Assembly: GCF_963853765.1 (NCBI RefSeq)
Contig: NC_088858.1
Location: forward strand, 30,690,001-30,754,000
Length of the DNA: 64,000 nt
Direction of reading: 5' to 3'
From: Magallana gigas
Taxonomy: Eukaryota
The position numbers and the translations under genes were made by a program. Of the stretch, positions 1 to 12,737 are shown in pieces. The notes under the pieces are model-generated. The model searched no databases, was not told where the DNA came from, and saw nothing but the letters and a program-made list of their open reading frames with translations. The number at the start of each line of letters is the position of its first letter. Position 1 is the first letter of the stretch.

Positions 1-1
1 C

Positions 2-463
2 AGAACTACTGTATTTCTTCAGCTTTTCTTTAGCCAATTTTGTCAATTCTCTGCTTTCTGAAGTTTGCCTTTCTACCAGAACATCTGGTTTCCCTTCAGA
101 CTTTTTCTGGTCACATTTATTCACTGTTTCTTTTACTTCTACAGCTTTTTCCTCCAAAATTTCTTCCTTCCCATCTTCTTGCTTATCCTCTTCAATACAT
201 TCATCCCCTTCTTCTTTTTTCACATCCTCATTTTCATCCTTTTCCTCTTCATCTATTTTCAATTTAATAATAGGAATCTCATCTTCATCTGATGGTGTGT
301 CATTTCTATTGTCTTGTTCAAAGTCCCATGATATGGGGGTGTGGGCATACTCGAGTTCACGGCGGTGGTGACGATAAGTAAGTGACTCGTAATATGTTGG
401 AATGTTCTTCACAAGGGAAGCGGGACGATATTCCCGTCTGTATTCTGATGAATTTGATACCAT
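2..463 (-). CDS. CCSAP: Centriole, cilia and spindle-associated protein-like, first coding exon (continues beyond the window edge)
   Basis: Missing from the ORF track because it runs off the edge. ATG at 463 reads MVSNSSEYRREYRPASLVKNIPTYYESLTYRHHRRELEYAHTPISWDFEQ, then a Glu/Lys-rich stretch with no stop down to base 2. The N-terminus resembles the vertebrate CCSAP motif (SEY..RY...Y..LL.YR..RR.LE.AH.P..WD) as I recall it. AG acceptor at 510-511; likely upstream 5'UTR exon donor at 863-864. Confidence 0.7.
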   Translation of the reverse strand, partial: MVSNSSEYRREYRPASLVKNIPTYYESLTYRHHRRELEYAHTPISWDFEQDNRNDTPSDEDEIPIIKLKIDEEEKDENEDVKKEEGDECIEEDKQEDGKEEILEEKAVEVKETVNKCDQKKSEGKPDVLVERQTSESRELTKLAKEKLKKYSSS

Positions 464-1108
464 TTTTTTTCAGAATATGTAGCACACCATTATCATTATT
501 TCTTTAAATCTGCAAGAAAAAAACTTCTTTAGTTATAGCATTAAATACATTCAGATGCATGTATGCATGCTTATATGGCAAAACTGTTTTTATATTGCAT
601 GTTGTGGCTGTCAAAATAAATATTGTCATTTAGACTAGGTAAGAATAAAGTGAGTCTTTCAAAACACATAAACAAATCGTTTAAAATACATCTAAAATAC
701 ATTTAAAAAGTACTAAAAATACATACATTAAAATGAAAGGAGTACACAATATACGTTTCAACCTGTCAACATTTGCCGCCGACGTATAACCACTCAACAC
801 TGTACTAATTTTCATTGTTTAATCAGCATGCAAATTAAAATTCTTTCAAAATTTTCAGAATTACCTTTGTTGCTACTAAATTTGACACTTCATTCTCATA
901 ATCTCTTTCCAGTATGTATCAAAAATATCAATAACAGTACCAAAAGTGCATGTTTACACTTGAAATTATTTGAAAGCGAAAGCGGAAGTCGCTTACTTTT
1001 TAGTTAGATCGTACATAAAATATTTCTTGTGTTAACAAGATGATATTCTGTGATTTAAAAAAATGAAGTAAGGAGCAAAATTAAAATGGAGATCAGCTTT
1101 TGTGACCG

Positions 1109-1111
<3 letters not shown>

Positions 1112-1198
<87 letters not shown>
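1112..1198. repeat. (GA)n microsatellite
   Basis: Pure GA run; explains the spurious ERERER ORF 1086..1298. Confidence 0.97.
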
Positions 1199-1203
<5 letters not shown>

Positions 1204-1643
1204 GGAAACTACTACGAAATGTAACATTGAACAGTCAATTTGCTTCTGACGCCACTGACATGCTGCTCAGGTATTTAATTGATTATCACTATAATTAAAA
1301 TCAGGGGATCTCGCATGGAGAAACACAAATCGGTAAGGCTACCGATAAATGGATAATATTAGAAGAAGTAGTCAGATAACGCTTTATGACAGGTCATTAT
1401 TAAATTCGTACTAAAATAAGAGTTGCTACAATTATTATAAAGATATTATTCATAAAATGAATATATTTCTATACATCTATGCATTGAAATATGCATTAAA
1501 GTAGCATTTGAAAATTATTTAATATGTCTTTAAAATTATTAAGTATAAAATTCATTTATCTATAAAACTCTTACATTTCTGTATATTTATTATGCAAAAT
1601 AGTATTTAAAACTATTAAGTAGTATAATTATGATTTTCATAGA

Positions 1644-1760
1644 GTACGTTTTCTCTTGGAGAAAACGTACCCGGGTACGTTTTCTCCTGGAGAAAACGTA
1701 CCCTAGAGATTGGGTACGTTTTCTCCTGGGTACGTTTTCTCTTGGGTACGTTTTCTCCTG
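1644..1760. repeat. Minisatellite of ~16-bp GGGTACGTTTTCTCC units in both orientations
   Basis: GTACGTTTTCTC and its reverse complement GAGAAAACGTAC alternate twice (two hairpins), followed by three direct copies. Confidence 0.85.
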
Positions 1761-3439
1761 ATACCCTTGTAAATTCTTTTTTTTTCATTCATCTCCGTGT
1801 TAGAGAATGTTAACTCAATCAGCCAGTGAACAATTTTTTTGCTATTGTAATCCAATCGCAAAAATTTCAATGCATTGCTATTGACACCAATACACACTCA
1901 TTCAGACATAATATTAATAAGTAATAGCTATAGACTCTACCACATAATTTCAGCGAGATTCGTCGATACTGAAATTTTTTTACCGAAGGAATCGGATTGC
2001 TGCTACTCAGTCGGTCAAAGCGTTCACAACCCTCTTCCTCGGATAACAAGCTGTTCATTTGCACTTAGAGTCGGCTTTCTGACTTTTTCTCATTGTTTTA
2101 AGATTAAAAGGATTGGCTGTCTGCAGTCTATAAAATGAAGTTTTGTGTCCACAAGAAAAAGCCGATGAGTTATGTTGGTAATTAACTTAAATATTTAACG
2201 GTAAATTTCAATGTAGGTGCAGCACGACTGTGTTACAAGTACAATCAAACTCGTAAAACATACAGACTGAAAAAATTCGAATAAGTTAAAGTTTTGAAAT
2301 TTTGGAGCGAGCACCTTTCCAAGAATGATGATACATACACGCCATGTCATGTATCATACGTCATACGTGTATATTGCATTGGTTTTTAGTTTTCTTCGTC
2401 AAAACAGTAATAGATTAAAAAAAGATGTTGACCAATTCCTTACTCATATATAAAGATGGAACCAGACAAGGTCTTTCGAGGTATACATGGGATATGACGA
2501 AAATCAGTCCGTGGAGTCCGTGCAATACGTGTTGTGATTGTAGCGGAAGTTTCAAACGATCACGAAATACACGCGGTAATCATCGCATAAATAACACGTA
2601 AAAGTAAAGATTATAGACTTCATTTGACATTTGTGAACATTTTCTGAAGTACAATGTACTTGAATAAAAGTTGTCACTTTATGACATGGACATGCTGAAA
2701 TATGCGTTTGAAGGAGGGTGTAAAAAGGTTAATGGAATACTAAGTTCGTAGAAATTCGGCGCGGCATGGCATTTGGATTGACGCGTTCACCCTAAAAACC
2801 ACTGTGTTTGGTATTCATCTGAAAAATAAGAAATTTTAAGAAGATGCAAAATCCCGGTAGACCTTTTAATTTTGGCTGTGTATTGCATGCACGGATCTAG
2901 AGGAGGGGTCGTGGGGGGGGGGGGGGTCCCCCTCCGGAAAATGAAAATTTATTGAATATTGAATTTGCATAGTAAAATTATCAAATATGCCTCGCCCCCC
3001 CCCCCCCCCCCCCCCCCGGATTCGGAATTTCATGATCTAGGGAATTTTTTTTCTAGGTATGAGTTTTTTTGGAGATATACTACGTACGTCCCCCCCCCCC
3101 CCATGATTTTGGGAATATTTTTTTTTCTATTTATGATTTTTTTAGCTATAGGTATACTACGTATGAATACTATAAATTTATGTCTTTCTACCATGTGACG
3201 TTGCGTTTTGCCAGCTTCAAGCACCCTTACCGCCCTGTAGTGTACCGTTCGTCCATTTTCATACGCCATCTGATAAACAAGTGTCTAATCATGTTTCCTG
3301 ACCAAAACTGTGAAACTTCTGTATGTTCAACAAACAAAAAAACTTTATACCATTCTTTGATCCACTCACCTACTGACGCGTCGATCTTTCTTTGACAATT
3401 TACAGAAAAAATTAAACAGGCGTCACTCTTGAAAGCAAG

Positions 3440-4465
3440 GAGTCGTATGAATGACATGTCCGTCCTGCCGTCGGTCCGTCTGTAAATGTTTCACAGCTTT
3501 TACTTCTTCTCTAGAACCACCGGGCCAGATTTAACCAAACTGTGGGATAAATTGTTAAAACAAAGGGCAAAACCCTTTTTTAAAGGGAGATAATTGCTTT
3601 AAAAAATAGGACATGTGTCTTTAAAAAAAAACCGTCCAATTTGACAACTTAATTAGTAATTTCTATATTGTTAAAATCGTGACCCCGGACTAAGAGTAGT
3701 TCAAAGTTTAATTTAGAAATATATAGGAAAAATGTTGAAAAATCTTCTCAAGAACTTCATTGTTACAATATGTGAGAAGATTATTATGCAAGCATCCTCA
3801 GGTGGTGTATAGATTCTAAATTGTTAAAACTGTGACCCCCGGACCAATTCTAATGCCCCAAGAGGGGTTCAAAGTTTAAAATTCAAATATATAAGGAATA
3901 TGTTTTAAAATATTCTACCCAATAACTACACTGCTACAATGAGTGAGACTACTAAGCAAGTATCCTAATATAGTGTAGGTTCTAAATATTTAAAACCTTG
4001 ACCCACGGACCAATACGGATGTCCCATAATGGGTTCTAAGCTTAATATCATAGAAATATATAATTATGTATGCAAAATGATTAAAAATCTTCTTCTCTAG
4101 AACTACAATGCTACGTTTGGTTATTTTTATTATGTTAACATTCTCAAATCTTCATACTAGTATCATTGACACAGTGACCTTCTTTCACTATTTATGGTTA
4201 TTTATGGTTCATTTTTACAATTTTTTAACTTTAATACGTTGAGGCCTTGGATAATCAGATTGTACAGTTGATGCCTCTTAGTTCTAAGGGTATGATGATA
4301 AAAAAAAGTAGACTTCTTTTTATGCATTGTTGAATGTATTGTCAAATCTTGGAATATATGAAAGTTTTACGACATTTTTAAAGAGTTAACGTTTCATTTT
4401 AAAAATTACGATTTAGCTTGAGCTGTTGTTCAGGTGAGAGATGCGGTCAATGGGTGTCTTATTTT
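3440..4465 (+). mobile_element. Degenerate Helentron-associated (HINE/pearl-like) non-autonomous element
   Basis: 5' TCCG/TCTG microsatellite (gtccgtcctgccgtcggtccgtctg), internal ~165-bp diverged repeats (gaccccggac...caaagttt...), and a 3' end caggtgagagatgcggtcaatgggtgtctt resembling the typical oyster HINE terminus. Confidence 0.6.
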
Positions 4466-5826
4466 TAATAATACATTTATACACCTAAATAATCTGAAAT
4501 GAACACCGAGCATTGCAATAAAATACATAAAAAACACACCCTTTTCAATATTATACACTTATTAAGTGGTTGTGCGTATTATATCTTTATATTTTATCAA
4601 ACCCGAGACGGTTACTACCGGTATATAGTTTCTGTCTCTGATATCCCACACAGAGCCATGAGATCATATTAATTCATATGCTAGAACTAGTATAGACTCT
4701 GGCAAAAACAAAAAACAAAACACGAATACACGAATCACTTCTAAACAGTTAAAAAAGAAACGACCAGTCCGCCTACAAATATATTCATTACATGTACATG
4801 ATTATACAGTGTGATTACATGTACGTTGTCTGCTGGTAAATTCGGGTGGCCGCTTATTTCAGGAAAAATATACAATTTATAAGGAAAGGAGTGGGGGGGG
4901 GGGGGGGGGCAAAAAGTGGTCGTTCATTTCAAGTGGCCGCAAAGAGATTTTTGACTGTACATATACATTTCATTATCGCCTTTATATGCATTGTTTAGCT
5001 AATGAGATATCAACTTGATCGAATTCAGCTACCACTGATAAATGATGATTGGTGAATGATTTCCTAGACACCCACCCCCACCCCAAAGAAAAAATCCTGC
5101 ATTCTTTCTCATTAGTGGTATGTGGGTAAATGTCTATACATAAATGCATATAGTTGCAATGGAAGCAGAATATCTTAAAATATATTACATATATAAATAT
5201 ATATAATTGTTTTTCCCCATTTTTTATTTATTTTTCAATTGTTAACATGCTGTTATAAGGTTACGATAGAACTGCTTTGAACACACATTGTTTAGTGCTT
5301 ATCAAACCGGGTAAAATGTTTTGAAAAAATTATGATACATGTAAAAGTCATAAAAAACAACAAACTATAATATAAGCATGCATGGACATTTTATTTGCTT
5401 ATATCAATTAAAAAATCAATATCAGATATATCAGGCGCAAGTAATTTTCGAAAAGGTAAACAAAGGGAAATTAACATGAATATAATTAACCATTAAAAGT
5501 GGAAATACTAGTGAAAAAAATCTTGAAAGGTAATGTAATCAGGAATAACCCCCCCCCCCCCCATCCCCACCCCGACCCCCTACAAAAAGACGACAAATTA
5601 AATAAAACAAAATCAAGAAACAAAAACCCTTGCCTGATATATCTGATTCATTTGGCACATGATTTAAAAAGTGAGTAAAAAATAAAGATTCATCAGATGA
5701 ATGTCTTACAAAAATGATCACAGATATTAAAAAGTCTTGATGAAAGACTGTGAGGTATCTGTTGATGTTTCTACACTCAAATCAAAAACTGGTCATCCTT
5801 GCCCTGACTAAGATTCGGCCGTGAGA

Positions 5827-6534
5827 TTACAGGAAGAGGGAAGGACCCTCCAAGCACAGGTCACCGGAAGTGACAAACATTTCCGGTCCAAAGAAATTGT
5901 CCGTGTTCAGAAGAGCGTCACACGACAAGTCTTTCGAGAACTTTTTATTGTCCACAGTTCGTGATGTGATCGCTTCTTCTTTGATTTTCTGGAATTTGAA
6001 AAAAAAGAGAAAGGGTAAACTAATATAATCATTTACGAAAACATTAATCAATGTCAAGATAACATTATCGAGACTAAGCAAATAAGTAAACTACATTTAT
6101 ATTTAACAGCTTGCAAGTAGAATAATTTTTAGAAGATTATTTCATATCGGTATAACTTGGAAAAACTATATTATCTTTAAAAGTAAAACGGTTCTATGTG
6201 TATATAAGTCATTATAAATGTTCATAGATACTCTGATAAAAGATAACTTCCTTGAAAACGCAAAAGACGAACCTTTGAGGTAGATTCTGTCCTGAGCTCA
6301 GCAGATCCCTTTTGGGTCAGTTTTTCGTTGGTGTGTTCGTTATCATCCAAGGTATCAGATTGTGTCTGCTTTCCCCTGGCCAGGATCCTCATGATTCTGG
6401 ACACGTAAGGCGGGGGACTCGCAGGGTTTTTTCTGGTTTTCGGTGGAATTATGATACGTTTGACTGTCTTCTGTTTCAAGTAAAAAAATATAACACAATT
6501 CTTTTTATAACGGTATCAATTTAAAAGCACAGAA

Positions 6535-6598
<64 letters not shown>

Positions 6599-9003
6599 AG
6601 TTGTAGTTACTGTAGTACCTTGCCACCAGTCTGTTCTGTGGATAGTTGTTCACTTGTATGACCATGGTTCTGACCCCTCATCTTTTTCTTTGTTCTGCCA
6701 CCACTGTCACTTTCCTCAGTCTCTAGCTTTCTTTTTGCAACAACGTTCTTGTAGCCACTGTTTTCAAAGTGATTAACTCCACCAACCTGAGAAAACGTGG
6801 TAAATGTTCTATGAATTTTGAACTTATTAAACTATAAGAGAAAATTATTACTGGGCTTCAATTAATGGGTTTTTATAGAAACTTTAATCAACATACCCTT
6901 TCTGCTGCTCTGAGAGCCATCAGTCTGGAAAGGGTTTGGTTTGTCTGGGCCTCCATTGGCTTTACATGCATAAGCACGGGTTGGGGGACCAGACTCCATG
7001 GCTCCTAAAACACAAAGTCAGTGTTACTTTTCTAAAGAAATAGCCTCAATATAAATAAATTCATTTAAATTTAAATATTGAAATAAAAAGTCAATAAAGG
7101 AATGACTTGTTATGATTTTCTGTACTTACGAGCTGATTTGTTGGCGAATTCTGGTAGTGGTCGCCAGTTGCCACGTGGTTTGTGGTGGCTATACCGATTG
7201 GTGGCTGTTGTTTGTCGACATTAGGAGATGTCGAAGATCCTTGTGGGGCTTCCTTGGCCTTTGATTTGTAGTTTTTCCGTCGTCTTTCGGTATTTTTCTT
7301 GTTCTTAGGACAGATTCGGTCGGAGGCAATGACTGCATATGGTCTGAATTGTCCGTTTTGAATATTGTTGTATGATTCTGTGTTGACAATTGACTGAGTG
7401 TGTCCATAGAACATGGCTCTTTGAGCGTAATGCTGGGGTTGTTCACGAGGGACCTGAGGAGTGACTGTCTGTAGAGACAAAGAGCCCTGAATTTGAGGAA
7501 CAATGTTTCTCTGTGTAGCAGTCCTACTCAGGCTAATTACCTCCTGGGTGCCATGAGTTTGGAAATTCTGAAATGAATGATTGTCAGTCAGTTTAATTCT
7601 TTATTTCTTCAAATGTAAAATGCAATAAGGATATTAAACAAATGTTTGAATACGTTGATATGATGTACCTGTAGTGTTGGTCTGCTTTCTGCTTGGCAGT
7701 AGGGCCAATAGCCGACATTGCTAGGCTTTGTAATTGATCTATGGCTGTGGCGGGCAAAGACCGTGGAACTGATGAACTGCTGAATCTGTTCAACACTCAA
7801 CACTTGGTTAGCCTAAACATTAAAATCACCATATTAACTTTTAAAAGCCAATTTCTTCCAAAGATTAGAAATTGTGAATGTATATGTACATGCATATAGC
7901 TTTGGAAATAATTTAAGGTAATTTCGCCAGAAAAAAAATATCAAATAGATGAAGAAGAATTGAAGTACATACAGTACAGAATAACGACGTATGCCGGACA
8001 GATAGGAGGGTGAAGAAGAGAAGATAGTTAGGTCTGATTTTATTCTTACTTACTTCCTACACCAATAGTTTTTTTTACATAAGAATAAATCTGAGACCTC
8101 CATAAGAGTCCCGGAGGTTGGGGGAGTAGTCAGGAAGCCCATCTCTGGCCTCTCGTAAATAACGGAGGCAGCTTCCGGGGCCAACCACTGCTCATCCATT
8201 CTCTTCTGGAATAAAAAGGACCATCCGTTAATTTATAGAACGGAAAACATGTATTTTGCCATGTTATTTATGAATGATCATTTTGTTGGGGTTTTTTTCT
8301 TTTATATAAAAAGTTGATTCACATATATATTTTAATTGTATTGATGTATTAAATTTTCAAATACAATACGATGTAAAGTTTCGCTTAGTTTATCGTTCGG
8401 TTGTTTATTTTTTGAAATGCATATTGTTTATGAAAATTCAACTGTTCAAATTCTGTGTTCAGGCCGATTATTTATTATGAATTGTTATGAACTATATCGC
8501 AATCATTCAATGATTACATTTCTTTTTTCAAAAATCTTGAATTTTTAACTAAAGTGTATTTTTACTTCACATTTCTGGCAGTAGAAATGGTTGCTAAGCA
8601 GCCATTTTGAATGAGTAAACCAACTAAAGTAAAATAATTATTTGATTTTAAAGCTCATGTACCTAACACGAAATTTTGTAAAAATGCTAATAAGTTTTCA
8701 ATCAAGTGTTTTATATACATGTACTTTGTTTTTTATAAATTGTGTATGAAAGATATGTTTCTTTCATAGGATGAACCTACATCTTGTTACTTTGCCAAAT
8801 CGAATGCTTCCCATTCGGCTTTTCTAAAATTTGATGCCTAGACGACAAAATATACACTATTTTGCCGTAGGCTATAAATGAATAAACATGAACTTTACCC
8901 TCTTAGATGAATAGCTGTTCATTTCTGTCGCTTTCTGAAGTCTTTCGATACAGTAATTCTCAGAAAAATTTCGCTCTGCGAAAAACGCGTCTTGCCTCAA
9001 CAT
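5827..9003 (-). CDS. Uncharacterised, mostly disordered protein (~436 aa) with a probable NLS; multi-exon
   Basis: Frame-consistent GT-AG model: 9003-8899, 8205-8054, 7785-7669, 7567-7541, 7468-7195, 7004-6897, 6786-6619, 6470-6273, 5988-5827 (1311 nt). Contains VVAKRKLETEESDSGGRTKKKMR. No recognisable domain; splicing of the middle exons is ambiguous (see findings). Confidence 0.55.
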
Positions 9004-9058
9004 CTGATGCTGAAACACTGGTGATGTAACCAAAACACAACGCAAGCCTTGGCAATCA

Positions 9059-9066
9059 TGACGTCA
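9059..9066. promoter_or_regulatory. Full CRE palindrome TGACGTCA ~55 bp upstream of the predicted start codon at 9003
   Basis: Exact consensus at a promoter-proximal position; function not shown. Confidence 0.4.
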
Positions 9067-9326
9067 TCAGTTTAACGATATCCAATGAACGTTAACATGC
9101 TAAAAATACAATTCTAATTTTGGAGCACGGAATCTCCCTTTTGAAAAAAAAAGAAAAATATTAGGCCTAAATATTTTTGAAAAATGTTCTTATTCTGATT
9201 ACACATGTACAGGATTCGAGAAAATAAATCTATTTAATTATAACCATATAATCTTTAACGTTAGAATAAAGAGTTTGGCTTACTTAAAGATATAATACAT
9301 TATTTTATAAGATATGAATTCAATAT

Positions 9327-9375
<49 letters not shown>

Positions 9376-9467
9376 TTACATGTATGTACGTATTGTGTAA
9401 TTGTAAAACAGCAACACCTTATTGTTTAGGGATATGGATATCAATCGTTATCAAGATGTTTGGCAAA

Positions 9468-9724
9468 TAGAACCATTTTAATTAACAAGACCTTGGACTT
9501 TCAGTAGGATGTAACGATCTATTTCTTGCGTCAAAACAAGTTAAAATGACACTGGTTTAAAGCGAAATATACACCGATTGCGTAGTCTTCGCTCAAAATC
9601 CCGACAAATCTTGTTGATTTCAAAAAGCCATGGCTGAGTGGCCTACAATGAAATAGACAGGCCTTCGTCACATTGCCGTTTGACTCAACTACCCAAAGTC
9701 CAAACTCTTGTTAAAATCGTTCTA
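9468..9724 (+). mobile_element. ~257-bp MITE family A (TIR GAACCATTTTAACAAGA.CTTGGACTTT, TA flanks; Tc1/mariner-like)
   Basis: TA-GAACCATTTT...AAAATCGTTC-TA ends; the same internal sequence recurs at 24505-24735, 26112-26368, 32737-34972 (split) and 62050-62300. Confidence 0.85.
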
Positions 9725-10289
9725 CTATGAAACGGGAATAGAAAATACCAACAGAACAGTAAATGCACCTTAATATTAGCGACAATACATGTACATGTAC
9801 TTTATACACATGAGTCAGTATTGGGCAGAAGAAATTCACTTTCTTGACATAATACTCAATGCAACTTTACACGAGCAGCAAGAATATATGGCTTAGGAAT
9901 GGAGGTCTAACCTTTTTTCAAGATATTTGACGAGCTATAAAAATACTGGGGTGGGAATGACTCGGGGGACTTAACAAGAAAAAGAAAACTACCAAACTAC
10001 AGTCATGTACTACGTGTATCTAAACATAAGCAACGAGAAAGTATGAGGTTTAAAGGTGTAGATCTCAACCTTTCTTTTTACACGTACAATGTAGTCACCA
10101 ACAGGTTATCAGTCCTAGGACTGATACGGATCCGTATCACACACCTTGCGGAACTCCTCTGCATTTTTTTTTTGTTTCGGAATTTATACATGTTTTTATG
10201 CAAAGGTAAAACAAAACATTTTGTTACAGTCGGACATTTTTAAGAGCAGTTGAAAACTTCAAATATATGGCATGTCAAACGTTGCATCT

Positions 10290-10660
10290 TTTCCATTTGT
10301 ATTCTATAATTTTCCATTCGTATTGTATAATTTCATATTTGTATTCTATAATTTTCCATTTTTCTGTATTATTTCTTATTTGTATTCTATAATTTTACAT
10401 TTGTTCTGTATTATTTCTTATTTGTATTCTATAATTTTACATTTGCATTGTATAAAATTCATTTGTATTGTATAATTTTTCGTTTGTATTGTATAATTTT
10501 CTTTTTGTATTCTATAATTTCATTTGTATTGTATAATTTTGTATTTGTATTCCGTGATTTTCCATTTGTATTCTGTAAATTTCATTTGTATTGAATAATT
10601 TTTCATTTGTATTCTATAATTCTCCATCTGTGTTCTATAATATTCCATTTGCATTGAAAT
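10290..10660. repeat. ~20-bp tandem minisatellite (CATTTGTATT(C/G)TATAATTTT)n
   Basis: Many head-to-tail diverged copies with no unique spacers. Confidence 0.92.
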
Positions 10661-11459
10661 TCAATGATTGAATAAATTGAAATTCATCCCCAATTGAACT
10701 TAAACTTCAAACTGGTATGGTTTTTTTTTCAACTAAAGTTAACACAATGGTTGACTAGACATGCTTTGATATATCACTGTTGTTATAAAGGTACCCACTC
10801 TGACTAAAATACCCACACAGAGTATTACTAGTATCTAAGCTGCTTTAACACATATTTTATGCCCATATTCTTTACGGAAACCATATCCAAGATTGAACCT
10901 TATACCTCTAACGAATTTGATTCAAGTATATTATATCAACTATATTTTTACCATTACCAAAGTAATCAAAAATTAATCATGATTACAGGTCCCTTTTAAA
11001 GAGTAATCGATTAAATTACGATTACTTGTAATCATAAAAATGGATGATTACTCATGATTACTCAGCAACCTGTATATATAATCGATTACAGCTGATAAGG
11101 ATTACTTATAATTACGATTACCCAATCTTGAATAGGCACGTAATCTGTCATTCAAACTTTTTTTACTAAAAGAGGTTTCGTTTCCAGTGTGGCAGAAACT
11201 GGTTAAGTGGTTCTAGAGAAGTTGAATATGTGAATTTGTTGCAGACTGCTATATGCCGGACGACGAATAATCAGAAAATCTTACTTCAGCTCAAATATAA
11301 ACTAAACCGGCAAAATGGTATGTAAATGGATATATTTCTAAATCACATAGCGAATCGTTAATTCCAGAGTCAGCCCAACGAACCATATTGAACATATTTT
11401 CAGTAAAATATTAGTTATAGTTCCCCAAAACAGGCAAAATATTTCATAAATGAGAAATA

Positions 11460-11830
11460 CAGAAAATTATAAAATAAACAAGCAAAAGTCTAAATTTTAA
11501 TAGTTACAGTACAGTATCGACTGTCATATATATTGGTAGTTATAAGTATAAAATTGGTAAAATTAGATTCTAATTTATGTACTTTTTGTGAAAATGTTTG
11601 GGAAACAATATATCACTTATTATGGGATTGTCCAAACGTGCAACAATTACTTGGAACTCAAAGGCAATTATTAGAATATACTTTGATTCTATCTTTGGTG
11701 ATAATGAAAGTACAATGTAGATAGTTTGAAGTCAAAAGTGTTCAATATACTGATCAATATGATAAAAAATACATATAAAGAGGCAGATATTAGAAAATCA
11801 CTTGATAGTAAATTGTATAAAGTATTACAA
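11460..11830 (+). pseudogene. Decayed 3' fragment of an L1/Tx1-type non-LTR retrotransposon ORF2 (zinc-knuckle region)
   Basis: Translates KLDSNLCTFCENVWETIYHLLWDCPNVQQL (C-x2-C...H-x3-C pattern of LINE ORF2 C-termini), with stops and frameshifts around it. Confidence 0.7.
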
Positions 11831-12326
11831 TTCTTTTCAAACGAATTATGTTCTCCTTCGTTTCACTCATCCGAACATAAAGTATTTCTATTCTAAGTAT
11901 TTTATAAATAACAACAACACAGGTATTAGAGTGAGTGAGCTGTCAACCAGTTTATTCGCCGTAATATACAATCAGCACGCGACTTTAATAGCGATGAACT
12001 GGAATTAGGCCCAATAATTCTATATTTCCAAATATATCTACAAAATACAATGTAAACTTTATATATAAATACACATCAAGTATACTTCATCATACGCACA
12101 TGTCCCTATAAACAAATCAAAAAAATCGTGTTCGAAAGGGTTGATTGCTCTTCGATGACCTGTCTATACCTGATCGGTTCTATATATACTACAGCCAAAC
12201 AACTACTTGTATAACTGCGCTAAAAGAAGTAGTCCGTGAAAAATACAACTTACAGAAATTTATACAAGTGAGATGGATAGGCTCAATACTGACTGTGCAA
12301 AATCTATCCCTTTGATAAATCACACT

Positions 12327-12329
<3 letters not shown>

Positions 12330-12401
<72 letters not shown>

Positions 12402-12539
12402 AAAGTGCTTTCTGAATTCAGAAATGTAATTTATATTTCTTTAAGTAAAATTTCATGATGTATTCAGTGTTGATGCAATTGTTTCGTAGCAATGTTTACA
12501 ATATTCTGTATCCTGATGTATGCAGAGACAATTGTTTCA

Positions 12540-12617
<78 letters not shown>
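12330..12617. repeat. (CT)n at 12330-12400 and compound (TA)n(GA)n at 12543-12617
   Basis: Pure dinucleotide runs. Confidence 0.95.
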
Positions 12618-12620
<3 letters not shown>

Positions 12621-12737
12621 ACGTGATACACTAATTGCCATCTTAGCTAAAACGCTAGTGGTAAACAATAATCTTTTTCTAATGCTGGAAATACACGTAT
12701 CAATGGCACTGGTTGTATTGCAGATATCCTAATCATG

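Noticed and set aside
1086-1298. ORFs with ERERER or SLSLSL runs (also 12273..12458, 31176..31403, 36774..37007)
   Set aside because: Translations of GA/CT microsatellites.
10290-10660. Regularly spaced ~20-bp repeats as a possible CRISPR array
   Set aside because: Head-to-tail tandem units without unique spacers, no cas genes, eukaryotic context.
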